Position numbers and translations under genes: made by a program
Part shown: positions 17,833-27,990 of the stretch, piece after piece
Layout: each line of letters begins with the position of its first letter
Numbering within the stretch: the stretch's first letter is position 1
NCBI GenBank assembly: GCA_963667015.2
Contig: CAXXJJ010000001.1
Span: 2,432,001 to 2,496,000, forward strand
Length of the DNA: 64,000 nucleotides
Direction: 5' to 3'
DNA from: Desulfatiglandales bacterium
GTDB taxonomy: Bacteria > Desulfobacterota > DSM-4660 > Desulfatiglandales > HGW-15
The notes under the pieces: generated by a model
Told to the model about the DNA's origin: nothing
Seen by the model: only the letters and a program-made list of their open reading frames with translations
Databases searched by the model: none

Positions 17833-19515
17833 TTATTTTCTTTTCTTTATCTTTTTTCGTTTTACTGATTTCTTTTCCCCGCCTTTCTTTTTTTCCGCAT
17901 ATTCAATATTGATTTCTCTTCCATCCAGTGTAGCTCCCTTCATTGATTTCATAACTTTGGCTGCCACACCTGATTCGACCTCAAAAAAGGAGAACTCTCT
18001 CATTATTTCAATGGAGCCTATTTTCCCCGAACTGATTCCAGCTGAACTGCAGATTCCTTTGATTAAAGTCTTTTTACTCAGGTTATCCATTGCTCCGGCG
18101 TTCAGGAAAAATCGTTTTGCCTTTCCTGGTTGAATATTTCTTTGCCTGTCAACAGCATCCCGGGTGCCGGAGGATTTTTTTTCTTTCTGTAAATGGACAT
18201 TTATATCCTTTGAATCTTTATAATAATCAAGGAACCTGTTGAACTCTATAGATACAAATTTCTGTATCAGTTCTTCCTTTGAGAGTCCTTTAAGGGTATC
18301 ATACACCGGAGGCAGGAAAGGCCCTATCTCTTCATAATCCACGTCAACCTCTACCATTTTGCTGATCATGGAATAGAGCTGTCTTTCACAGATCTCATGT
18401 CCTTTCGGGATTTTTGTGTATGTGAACTGAACTCCTGCTTTTTTTTCAATCATCTCCAGTTTTCTTCTTTCCCTGGAATTTGTGATGACTATGGATGTGC
18501 CAGATTTGCCGGCACGGGCGGTCCTGCCGCTTCTGTGGGTATATATCTGTGCCTCATCGGGCAGCTTGTAATTTATAACATGTGAAATATCTTTTACATC
18601 AAGACCTCTGGCCGCAACATCAGTCGCAATCAGTATCTGAAGCGATTTGCTCTTGAATCGATTCATAACATTATCACGCGCAGCCTGGGAAAGATCACCG
18701 TGCAGTGCATCAGCATCATAGTTATCCTTCATGAGCTTTTCCGCTATTTCCTGTGTCTCTTTTCTTGTACGGCAAAATACAAGGCCATAGATGTCCGGAG
18801 AATGATCCAGTATTCTTTTAAGGGCCTGATACCGGTCCTTTTCATGAATTACGTAATTCAGGTGCTGAATATTTTTGGCACCCCTGTTCTTTTTGCCTAC
18901 TGTTATCCTGACCGGATCATCCATATATTGTTTGGTGATTCTGGCAACTTCATCAGGCATTGTTGCAGAAAAAAGCCAGGTTCTTTTATCTTCCGGGGTT
19001 TCTTCCAGAATTGTGTCTATATCCTCCTTAAATCCCATATTCAGCATTTCATCAGCTTCATCCAGAACTACATAGCTCACATTAAAAAGCTTAACAACTT
19101 TTCTATTTATAAGGTCAAGTAATCTGCCGGGAGTGGCTACAATAATCTGAGCTCCTTTTCTGACCTGTTTAATCTGGTTTTCCATACTGGCGCCACCGAC
19201 AACAGCGGCTATTCTGGCCCCTTTTACATATTTGCAGAAACTTTTCATATCATCGGAAATCTGCGCGCAGAGTTCTCTTGTAGGGCATATAATCAGTCCC
19301 TGTGTATCTTTCAGGTCAAAGTCAATCAACTGGATCATAGGTAATCCAAAGGCTGCTGTTTTACCTGTTCCAGTTGGTGCAAGCCCTACCAGATCCCTGT
19401 CGCCGCCTATTATCTCAGGTATTGCATCTATCTGGATAGGTGTCGGGGCAGTAAATCCCAGGTCCTCGACTGCCTGCAATAATTCATCTATTAAATCTAA
19501 ATTTTCAAAACTCAT
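17833..19515 (-). CDS. deaD: DEAD-box RNA helicase with DbpA-type RNA-binding domain (DeaD/CsdA-like)
   Basis: Q motif, PTGTGKT, PTREL, DEAD, SAT, ARGLD, HRSGRTAR. Confidence 0.9.
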   Translation of the reverse strand: MSFENLDLIDELLQAVEDLGFTAPTPIQIDAIPEIIGGDRDLVGLAPTGTGKTAAFGLPMIQLIDFDLKDTQGLIICPTRELCAQISDDMKSFCKYVKGARIAAVVGGASMENQIKQVRKGAQIIVATPGRLLDLINRKVVKLFNVSYVVLDEADEMLNMGFKEDIDTILEETPEDKRTWLFSATMPDEVARITKQYMDDPVRITVGKKNRGAKNIQHLNYVIHEKDRYQALKRILDHSPDIYGLVFCRTRKETQEIAEKLMKDNYDADALHGDLSQAARDNVMNRFKSKSLQILIATDVAARGLDVKDISHVINYKLPDEAQIYTHRSGRTARAGKSGTSIVITNSRERRKLEMIEKKAGVQFTYTKIPKGHEICERQLYSMISKMVEVDVDYEEIGPFLPPVYDTLKGLSKEELIQKFVSIEFNRFLDYYKDSKDINVHLQKEKKSSGTRDAVDRQRNIQPGKAKRFFLNAGAMDNLSKKTLIKGICSSAGISSGKIGSIEIMREFSFFEVESGVAAKVMKSMKGATLDGREINIEYAEKKKGGEKKSVKRKKIKKRK

Positions 19516-19541
19516 ATATGTATTGTTCCTTCCGGATAATT

Positions 19542-19588
19542 AAAAACCCGGATTTCAATCTGGAACACCTCCAGATGGAATCCGGGTT
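19542..19588 (-). terminator. Long hairpin with U-tract in the putative deaD leader
   Basis: AACCCGGATTCCATCTGGA-loop-TCCAGATTGAAATCCGGGTTTTT on the minus strand. Confidence 0.7.
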
Positions 19589-19610
19589 AAATATCCATAA
19601 AATAAAAAGA

Positions 19611-19639
19611 ATCATAACATTTAGAAACCTTTAAGGCAA
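19611..19639 (-). promoter_or_regulatory. Sigma-70 promoter for deaD
   Basis: TTGCCT-N17-TATGAT with extended TG on the minus strand. Confidence 0.6.
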
Positions 19640-19654
19640 AGATATTCTTATCTT

Positions 19655-21418
19655 TTATTTGCAGACTATATTCAGACAGGCCTGACGGTTTTCCTTCTTA
19701 ACGGCATTAAGGGCCCGTTCAATGGCTCTGTCAAGATCTTCCGGTTTTTCAACCTTTTCGCCATAGCCCCCAAAGGCAGTACATATCTGATCATAGTCCG
19801 GCGAGGGTTTGAGTTCACTCAGTGGCATATCCTGACTCTTTGCTGCCCAGCCACCGGGATGAATTCCCAGAGTGGCATGTTTTACTGCCTCCCATGACTG
19901 GTTGTTGTAAACTATAACAAGAGTGGGCAGATCATATGCCTTTGATACAAAATGACAGGCTGACGGTACGGAAAACATGTATGATCCGTCTCCAACGGTC
20001 GTTATGACCGTCTTGTCCGGAGAGGCCATCTTAATTCCCAGGGCTGCCCCCAGGGCCCAGCCCAGGTATCCGGCGTGAGATACGCCAAAATAGCATCCCG
20101 GATGGTGATTCATCTGCCAGATCATCTGGTTATTGTACTCATTAACAACTATTGTGTCTTTATCAATTATCCGGTTTAGACGGGATGATACAAAGCCCTG
20201 GTCCATTGGCAGGGAATCCGATGATTTTTCAGCCTTTGAATAAAGGTTGCTGAATAGTCTGTCATGTCTGACTTTTAATCTTTCATGTCTTTCTTCAAGG
20301 ACATTGCTGTCGATTTTATATGATCCTGACAGTTCCTTTATGAGTAAGTTTATGGCGAGATTTGAATCACTTTTTATTGTTATGTCGGAGGTAAAACTGC
20401 GAACAGGGTATCTGCTGTAAAGCGGATCAATTCCAATATTAACAATGGTCGCAGAGTCAGCAGGTTTTTTTATTGACGGATACCAGGGGACATCACTGTC
20501 TATAACGATAACAAGGTCTGCGTCCGGAAGGAGCGGATCGGGTGAAAATCCCTGATGACAGTGATGGTCGTGGGGAAAGTTCATGTATTCCGGGTTAAAT
20601 GATATTACGCCTGCACCCGCTTTTTCGGCAAGTTCAGTAAGGGCAGCAACAGTTTCTTTCTTTATTCCCGAGGATGAAGTTATGATAATGGGATTTTCTG
20701 CCTCGGCAATCAACTTTGCTGCCCTGGATATCTTTTCCGGGTCCGGATAATTTGTTGGCAGGTCATATTGCAGTTTGGCATTGAACTCTTTTCCATTGAA
20801 GTCAGAGTAGAGAACCTCTCTGGGAAGGGTCAGGTATACCGGCCCCCTGGGATCAGACAAAGCCATAACAAGCGCCCTGTCCACAACATCTTCGAGCTGT
20901 GATGCATATCTTAGCTCATAATCCCAGTTTACAAATTCCCTTACTATGCCTGCCTGATCAAAGCATTCCTGTGCCCAGTGGACAAAGGATGAGCGTGAGG
21001 CCGGGCTGCCTTCCTCAGTTACAGGGGTTCTGCCTGCAAAAAAGAGCAGGGGGATATTGGATCGCCGGGCTGCCATAACAGCGCCAAGTGCATTGGCTGT
21101 TCCAACGCCCACATGTACCATTGCTGCCTGTACCCTGCCGGTAGCAAGATAGTATCCATGGGCCATGCTGATGAGAGGTATCTCATGGGGAACAGTAACA
21201 GGCTTTGGTGTTTTTTTCCCTTCCTTTTCCCTCCTCGCAAACGCATCAACGATGCTGGCAAAATCAGTTCCTGCGTTGCCGAAAAAGCAGTCAATACCTC
21301 TCAATGCAAGAAGCTCGAGAAATGCCTGAGCCGTATTTTCAACGTTCACTTCCACATTATCTGTTTCTTTATGCAATTGTTCTGTCTCCCTTGCTTTAAA
21401 TCTGTGGATCAATTTCAT
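19655..21418 (-). CDS. Thiamine-diphosphate-dependent enzyme (acetolactate synthase/decarboxylase superfamily)
   Basis: FGNAGTD, PHE, GDGSYM..VYNN ThDP motif. Confidence 0.88.
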   Translation of the reverse strand: MKLIHRFKARETEQLHKETDNVEVNVENTAQAFLELLALRGIDCFFGNAGTDFASIVDAFARREKEGKKTPKPVTVPHEIPLISMAHGYYLATGRVQAAMVHVGVGTANALGAVMAARRSNIPLLFFAGRTPVTEEGSPASRSSFVHWAQECFDQAGIVREFVNWDYELRYASQLEDVVDRALVMALSDPRGPVYLTLPREVLYSDFNGKEFNAKLQYDLPTNYPDPEKISRAAKLIAEAENPIIITSSSGIKKETVAALTELAEKAGAGVISFNPEYMNFPHDHHCHQGFSPDPLLPDADLVIVIDSDVPWYPSIKKPADSATIVNIGIDPLYSRYPVRSFTSDITIKSDSNLAINLLIKELSGSYKIDSNVLEERHERLKVRHDRLFSNLYSKAEKSSDSLPMDQGFVSSRLNRIIDKDTIVVNEYNNQMIWQMNHHPGCYFGVSHAGYLGWALGAALGIKMASPDKTVITTVGDGSYMFSVPSACHFVSKAYDLPTLVIVYNNQSWEAVKHATLGIHPGGWAAKSQDMPLSELKPSPDYDQICTAFGGYGEKVEKPEDLDRAIERALNAVKKENRQACLNIVCK

Positions 21419-21484
21419 ATTGCTTGTAAATAAAATAACATATACACTGCTAAATATAAAATTTCAATTTTACATACTGTCTAA

Positions 21485-22942
21485 ATGGAAATATTACTGA
21501 GCCCCATAAAGTACTATCATTATATTATTCTGGTAGCCAATATTGCTATCACCTTCCTGGCTGCCTGGCATGCACTTTTATATAAACGGGATCCAAAGGC
21601 CTCACTTGGATGGCTCGCCGTGATTTTGATGTTTCCTGTAATCGGTTATTTTCTTTATTTCCTGCTGGGGATAAACCGTATCCGAACACGAGCCAGAAAA
21701 CTGGCAGGTAAATTATCATTCAGCGGTTTCATTAGATTCGAACCTGCTGAAGAAGCTATAGTCCTCCCGGATTTTCTGCCGCCTGTACCATACAAGTACA
21801 CTGAAATTGCTAATATAGCATATTCTGTGACCGGAATGCCCCTTACATCAGGAAACAGAATCGATATACTTCATAACGGTGAAGCTGCTTATCCGGCAAT
21901 GCTCAATGCCATTAACAGTGCGGAACATTCAGTTTATTTATCAACCTATATATTTAAATCCGATAATACCGGAAGAGAGTTTATTGATAAACTTGCAGGC
22001 GCCAGGGAGCGGGGTGTTGAGGTAAAGGTGCTGCTTGATGGCATTGGTGAATATTATTCATTACCCAGGGCAGGAAGCCTGCTGAAAAAAAGGGGAATAG
22101 AGGTCGCAAGATTTATACCTCCTGCGCTTATACCTCCATCTATCCACGTTAACCTGAGGAATCATCGTAAAATTCTTGTTGTTGATAAAAAGACAGGTTT
22201 TACAGGAGGAATGAATATAGGTTCTAATCATCTTGCTGAAACACTGTCCAAAAAATCAAGGGTGATAGATACGCATTTCAGGATTAAAGGCCCGGTTGTT
22301 ACACAAATTGTGAATATGTTTAACGATGACTGGAACTTTGTTACCGGTAATAATATTGAGGCTGATCCGGTTCAATATGATCCTGAAGGAGATGGTGCAA
22401 AATGCCGTGTTATTTCTGAGGGCCCCAACGAAGATTTTAATAAACTGGCTACAATACTGGTAGGCGCCATAGCTTCGGCAAAACAGCGAGTACTTGTAAT
22501 GACACCTTATTTTCTGCCCACACGTGAGATGATCTCAGCCCTTCAGACAGCAGCCCTTAAGGGGGTATCCGTAGAAATACTGCTCCCTCAAAAAAACAAC
22601 CTTCCATATATTCACTGGGCAACAAGAAATATGCTGTGGGAACTGCTTCAGAGAGGCGTCAGGGTCTATTATCAACCTCCTCCCTTTGTACACAGCAAAC
22701 TGTTTATTGTGGACGATTATTATGCCCATATAGGTACTGCAAATATGGATTCAAGGAGCCTGCGGCTCAATTTTGAGCTGGCGCTTGAGGTCTATGACAG
22801 GGAGTTTGTCTCACTGCTTTCTGCGCATTTTCTTAATTGCATGAAGCATTCAAGATCTATTAACCTTGCTGAAATTGATTCACGGCATTTACTGAGCCGC
22901 ACAAGGGACGCCCTTGCATGGCTTTTATATCCCTACCTGTAG
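21485..22942 (+). CDS. cls: Cardiolipin synthase (PLD family)
   Basis: Two N-terminal TMs; two HKD motifs, HRKILVVD and HSKLFIVD. Confidence 0.9.
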   Translation: MEILLSPIKYYHYIILVANIAITFLAAWHALLYKRDPKASLGWLAVILMFPVIGYFLYFLLGINRIRTRARKLAGKLSFSGFIRFEPAEEAIVLPDFLPPVPYKYTEIANIAYSVTGMPLTSGNRIDILHNGEAAYPAMLNAINSAEHSVYLSTYIFKSDNTGREFIDKLAGARERGVEVKVLLDGIGEYYSLPRAGSLLKKRGIEVARFIPPALIPPSIHVNLRNHRKILVVDKKTGFTGGMNIGSNHLAETLSKKSRVIDTHFRIKGPVVTQIVNMFNDDWNFVTGNNIEADPVQYDPEGDGAKCRVISEGPNEDFNKLATILVGAIASAKQRVLVMTPYFLPTREMISALQTAALKGVSVEILLPQKNNLPYIHWATRNMLWELLQRGVRVYYQPPPFVHSKLFIVDDYYAHIGTANMDSRSLRLNFELALEVYDREFVSLLSAHFLNCMKHSRSINLAEIDSRHLLSRTRDALAWLLYPYL

Positions 22943-23006
22943 AACATTAAATTTTTATCAGACAGATAGTAATATTTTCAGTATACCTGTATTGAATCTT
23001 TTATAA

Positions 23007-26000
23007 CTATTTGGAACCCTGTTCGTCATTACCCAGGATGCGTTGTATTATATCAGAAAGTATCTTCATATTGACAGGCTTCATCATAAATTCCCTTATG
23101 CCTATCTCCCGTGCACGGGTTTCGGAGATATGCTCATTAAATCCTGTACACAGAATGACGGGGATGTCCTTCCTGATTGAGATCATTTCCTGTGCAAGCA
23201 TATCTCCAGTTATTTCAGGCATGGTCATATCAGTAATAACAATATTGAAATAATCAGGCGCATTTTTAAATATTTCCAGACCTTCCTTGCTGCTTGTCGT
23301 GGATACAGTGTCATAACCCATCAGCCTCAGCATTTCCGTAACAAGTTTTACCAGTATCGGTTCATCGTCTATTATAAGTATTCTTCCTGTACCTTTTTTA
23401 ACTTCTTTATCCAAATCAATTATTCCTTTTTCCTGTGTTATATCGGTTTCCGGGAAATAAACTTCGAATGTGGTTCCTTTCTCTTCATTAGCCCTGCATG
23501 TTATTTCTCCATTATGTGACTTAACAATGCCATGAATTACCGAGAGCCCAAGTCCTGTACCCTTGCCTGTTTCCTTTGTGGTAAAGTACGGCTCAAATAT
23601 TCTTTCTATTGTTTCAGGCGTTATTCCCTTTCCCGTATCGCTGATTGTTATTCTCATGTATCTGCCTTCAGGCACATTGATACCATAGGGATTATCCGGG
23701 CCTTCAATGGAGACTTTATCAAGGTTGATTTCAAGGATGCCTCCGGTTACATCCATTGCATGGACAGCATTGCTGCACAGGTTAAGCATTATCTGGTTTA
23801 TATGAGTCGGGTTGGAAAGGATATAACCGGGCTCATTTATCTCCTGCTTTATTTCAATGTTTGACGGGATAACTGCCCTTAACATCCTGACTGATTCACT
23901 CATAATATTCTTTAATATAATCGGGCTTAATTCGCTTTTCTCCATGCGGCTGAATGTAAGTATCTGTTTAACAAGGTCTTTGGCCCGCTCCCCTGCCAGA
24001 AGTACTTCGTTAAGGTTACTTTTCAGGTCATCATCACTTATCTCATGCATGGTAAGTTCCGTATATCCGATAATAACTGAAAGGATGTTATTGAAATCGT
24101 GTGCAATACCTCCTGCCAGTGTGCCTATTGCCTCCATTTTCTGGGATTGCTTAAGGCGCGTTTCAAGACCGATTTTTTCTTCTTCCGCTTTTTTCTGGTC
24201 GGTAATATCCCTTGTAATACCTACTATAAATTTATTCCCGGTTTTGTCTTTATAAAGTGTTTTTTTAGTTACAAGCGTATGAACATTATTGTCGATGTCT
24301 GTATACAATTCTTCATTAAGAATAACATCTCCATCATCAAGAACTAACCTGTCTTTTTCACAGAATATATCAGCCTCTTCTTTTCTGCAAAAATCGTAAT
24401 CTGTACTGCCAATGATCATGCTTCGATCTTTCCCGAAAAAATCGCACATTGCATTGTTTACCAGCACGAACCTGTGTTCATGGTCCTTGACAAAGACCGG
24501 GTCTGCCACCGCATTGATTATCTCATCAAGGTATAATTTTGATTCCGCAAGGGCTTCTTCCGCCTTTTTGCGGGCGCTTATATTGGTTAAAAAGCCTTCA
24601 AGCATCGGAGTTTCACCCGGGGCCGTTTCCATTGTCCTTGCACTGATGGAAACCCAGATTTTTTCCATATTCTTTCTGTAAAACTCGACTTCATATTCAA
24701 TTACTTCCCCATGTTCTTTCAATATCTCAATGAGTTTTTCTCTTTCTGCCGGATTTACATAAAGCTGCCTCTTTAGATCCTTCACCAATGACATCAGTTC
24801 TTCAGGTGATTTATAACCCAGTATCCTGGCCATTGCAGGGTTTGCATTACAGATCGTCCCCTCAAAGGTATTCTGGAACAGTCCTTCAATTGCATTTTCA
24901 AAAATTCCCCGGTAATTTTCTTCGCTTTTCACAAGGTTTCCCAGGGTTTCCTTGAGCTTGTATGTCATATGATTAAATGTTTTTGCAAGTATTCCTATTT
25001 CATCGCCTGACTTTACAGTTATAACCTGGTTCAGGTCTCCCCTGATTATTTTTTCCGCTACCATTGTCATGTCTTTGACCGGGCGGGTTATCCTCAATGC
25101 AATGAAGACAAAGATTACACCAACAATAAATGTAATGATAATACCGGCAATTCCCATGATGTTTACCATGGTTTGCCTTCCGTCACTCAGCCAGATGCTG
25201 TATGTCTTGAGCTCATCCTCATAAACACTCGTTCCTATTACCCAGTCCCATGGTTCATAGTATATCAGGTTTGCTATTTTCCACCGCGGGGATGATTCTC
25301 CAATATTCTGCCACCTGTAGCGAATGGTATCCATTTTACCTGGTTTCAATGCCAGTGCTTTATTGATAATTTCCTGTATTACATAACGGCCGTCACTGTC
25401 CATGGTTGGCCAGATGTTTTCACCGTCCCGTTCACCTTTGTAGGATATAACATAGCTGCCCCTGTTCTTGCCTTTTCCTTCCAGAACATATACATAACCT
25501 GTCTTGCCGACCTTTGTCTGAATTATTGCCTGCCTTATCCTTGCCTCAACATGTTTCTGTTGTATTCCTACATAGAGCATGCCGATCAGCCTGCTCTCAT
25601 TACTGTATAAAGGTTTATATGCGGTGAGATACCATTCATTAACAACAAAGGCACGCCCCAGATAGGTTTCGCCTTTCAGGATTGTCGATATGACAGGGTT
25701 TGCAGATCCGTCGGGATTTAGTGACGGTATGTATGTGCCGATTGCCCGGGTCTCTTCAAGCGTTTTTACATTAGTCGCGACCCTTAGCATGTCTCCATTT
25801 TCATTTATCCTCTGGAAGATAGTTGCGGTTTCTCCTACCAGATTGAAAATGTCATCAATTACCGGGGTATAAACTGAAAAATCCGGATTTTTTTCAATCC
25901 ACTTGTTTCCAATTAGAAATTTTGGAACTGTTATTTCCTGTATCTCATTAGTAAACTGATTTTTGGCCTGCCATTTAACTGTTTCAGTTGAAAGGCCGGG

Positions 26001-26318
26001 AGTTCCGTATTGGGATAATATATATGAGGCGACATTCAGGTTGCTGCTGATCTGCAGCTTTACAGCTTCATTTTCTGTTTGGACGAGATTGTATATTATC
26101 TGGGAGATATGATTAAGATCAGTGTTTATAAGCAGATCGACTTCCCGCTGTGCATGGTTATTATACTGACCGCTTTGCCATATAGCTATACTAACAAGTG
26201 CTGTAGCGGTTACCAGAACACTTACGGCGCCCATCAGGGCAAATTTAAATCCAAGACTGATATTTTTAGAAAAACCTGTATTTTTTTCATCCATGGGTTC
26301 GTATTGCCTTTCAATCAT
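23007..26318 (-). CDS. Hybrid sensor histidine kinase (Cache, HAMP, 2 PAS, HisKA, HATPase, REC)
   Basis: GGIAHDFNNIL H-box, DTGKG/GTGLGL G-boxes, C-terminal IIDDE..DMTMP..KP receiver. Confidence 0.92.
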   Translation of the reverse strand: MIERQYEPMDEKNTGFSKNISLGFKFALMGAVSVLVTATALVSIAIWQSGQYNNHAQREVDLLINTDLNHISQIIYNLVQTENEAVKLQISSNLNVASYILSQYGTPGLSTETVKWQAKNQFTNEIQEITVPKFLIGNKWIEKNPDFSVYTPVIDDIFNLVGETATIFQRINENGDMLRVATNVKTLEETRAIGTYIPSLNPDGSANPVISTILKGETYLGRAFVVNEWYLTAYKPLYSNESRLIGMLYVGIQQKHVEARIRQAIIQTKVGKTGYVYVLEGKGKNRGSYVISYKGERDGENIWPTMDSDGRYVIQEIINKALALKPGKMDTIRYRWQNIGESSPRWKIANLIYYEPWDWVIGTSVYEDELKTYSIWLSDGRQTMVNIMGIAGIIITFIVGVIFVFIALRITRPVKDMTMVAEKIIRGDLNQVITVKSGDEIGILAKTFNHMTYKLKETLGNLVKSEENYRGIFENAIEGLFQNTFEGTICNANPAMARILGYKSPEELMSLVKDLKRQLYVNPAEREKLIEILKEHGEVIEYEVEFYRKNMEKIWVSISARTMETAPGETPMLEGFLTNISARKKAEEALAESKLYLDEIINAVADPVFVKDHEHRFVLVNNAMCDFFGKDRSMIIGSTDYDFCRKEEADIFCEKDRLVLDDGDVILNEELYTDIDNNVHTLVTKKTLYKDKTGNKFIVGITRDITDQKKAEEEKIGLETRLKQSQKMEAIGTLAGGIAHDFNNILSVIIGYTELTMHEISDDDLKSNLNEVLLAGERAKDLVKQILTFSRMEKSELSPIILKNIMSESVRMLRAVIPSNIEIKQEINEPGYILSNPTHINQIMLNLCSNAVHAMDVTGGILEINLDKVSIEGPDNPYGINVPEGRYMRITISDTGKGITPETIERIFEPYFTTKETGKGTGLGLSVIHGIVKSHNGEITCRANEEKGTTFEVYFPETDITQEKGIIDLDKEVKKGTGRILIIDDEPILVKLVTEMLRLMGYDTVSTTSSKEGLEIFKNAPDYFNIVITDMTMPEITGDMLAQEMISIRKDIPVILCTGFNEHISETRAREIGIREFMMKPVNMKILSDIIQRILGNDEQGSK

Positions 26319-26551
26319 GAAAATACTCCGAATCGCATGTCAGTAAACATAAGTTTTATCCGGTTTTATGTCAGCATCAGTAAAAATACCTTAGCTCAAT
26401 TTAGTAGCAATATGTCAGGTGTAAGGTAGTGTTTTTATATATTACCTCATCTTATATATGGTTATCAATTTAACATAAAATAAAAAAAATAACATATGTA
26501 TTCCCGGAAAGGAGGTCTATTATGAAGGCATTTGTGTGATAAAAAACTCAT

Positions 26552-26755
26552 TTAAAATATGGCGGTTATATCAATGTTAAAAACAAAATAAAGGAGAATT
26601 CCGGCTATTGCCCATAAAAATAGCAGGGTCTGGGCCTTTACATCAAGGCTGTACCAGTTTAAGGGTTTTCCTTTTGTACTACCGGGCAACTGGGCTGAGA
26701 TATTTATTGATGTCAGAAAAAATAAAATTACGAACAGGAATATATTATTTTTCAT
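26552..26755 (-). CDS. Small hydrophobic hypothetical protein, possibly a deletion-fused relic
   Basis: MKNNIFLF..SAQ signal-like start joined to a TM-like end; ggag RBS. Confidence 0.35.
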   Translation of the reverse strand: MKNNIFLFVILFFLTSINISAQLPGSTKGKPLNWYSLDVKAQTLLFLWAIAGILLYFVFNIDITAIF

Positions 26756-26979
26756 AACTGCTTCTCCAGAGAGTAGGAATGTTTTTTTTAATGTTTTCTT
26801 TTTTCTACTTATTATATCAGGGAAGATCAAAGGAAAATTTATTATAAGCGTGGCTAGATCTATCCCCTGTTAAAAAGTGAACCTGAAAAAGGAAGGTTGC
26901 GAATATGAATATTCGATGCTTGATTCCGGATACCTGATTCTGGTAAAACCCTGATATTTTCAGGCACAAAGAGTTATCA

Positions 26980-27981
26980 ATGCAGAATAAAACAAAAATT
27001 AAAATGAAACAGTTCACTGATTCTATTAAAAAACAGGGCGAGCTGCTTCTTGTGGAAACATGGAAGACAAGCCTCATACTTTTTAAGATTGTTATCCCCA
27101 TAAGCATTGCAACCAAACTGCTTAATGACTGGGGGGTAACCGCATATATCGGTATTGGCCTCGGGCCGGTTATGAAACTTGTCGGGCTCCCCGGAAGCAT
27201 GGGACTGGTATGGGCAACTGCCATGATTACCAGCCTCTATGCGGCTATAATTGTGTTTTTATCACTTGTTTCAATGGAACCACTTACGGTAGCCCAGGTA
27301 ACCATCCTGGCAACCATGATGCTTGTTGCCCATTCCCTTCCTATAGAATTGCGGATTGCCCAGAAGGCCGGTCCCAGACTGCGGTTCATGCTGCTGCTCA
27401 GGATATCAGGGGCCCTGGTAACAGGGTTTCTGCTTAATCAGATATATCTCAAAAGTGGTTATCTTCAGACCGAATTTGTTGCCATGTGGAAACCGGATAT
27501 AATCGATCCCTCCTGGAAGGCCTGGGCTGTTGCTCAGATTAAATCACTTTTAACCATATATGGAATAATCCTTTTACTTCTTTTTATCCTCAGGCTGCTG
27601 ACATGGCTTCGTATTATGGAACTGCTCACCCGGATTTTCAAACCAATATTAAGAGTAATGGGCATGAGCAGGGACGCTGCACCCATAACCATAATAGGCA
27701 TGACAATGGGAATTGGCTATGGAGGAGGAATGATTATCCGGGAGGCCCGGTCAGGTTCGCTTTCCAGACAGGATATTTTATTCTCCCTGTCTTTTATGGG
27801 ACTGATGCATAGTATGATTGAAGATACCCTCCTGATGATTTTCCTTGGAGGTCATGTTTCAGGTGTGCTCATTTTTCGTTTTCTTTTTGCCATGGCGGTT
27901 ATTTTTGTAATGGTTAAACTCATGAAGTCTGTATCTGAAACCACTTTTAACCGCTATTTTTTCAGGCCTTCCGGACTTTAG
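26980..27981 (+). CDS. Nucleoside-recognition (Gate) domain membrane protein
   Basis: GPVMKLVGLPG, AHSLPIE, GIGYGGG, HSMIEDT; multiple TMs. Confidence 0.75.
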   Translation: MQNKTKIKMKQFTDSIKKQGELLLVETWKTSLILFKIVIPISIATKLLNDWGVTAYIGIGLGPVMKLVGLPGSMGLVWATAMITSLYAAIIVFLSLVSMEPLTVAQVTILATMMLVAHSLPIELRIAQKAGPRLRFMLLLRISGALVTGFLLNQIYLKSGYLQTEFVAMWKPDIIDPSWKAWAVAQIKSLLTIYGIILLLLFILRLLTWLRIMELLTRIFKPILRVMGMSRDAAPITIIGMTMGIGYGGGMIIREARSGSLSRQDILFSLSFMGLMHSMIEDTLLMIFLGGHVSGVLIFRFLFAMAVIFVMVKLMKSVSETTFNRYFFRPSGL

Positions 27982-27990
27982 TAAACCTGT

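Noticed and set aside
26337..26420. Three ATGTCAG direct repeats upstream of the hybrid kinase
   Set aside because: Too short and irregularly spaced to call as operator sites.
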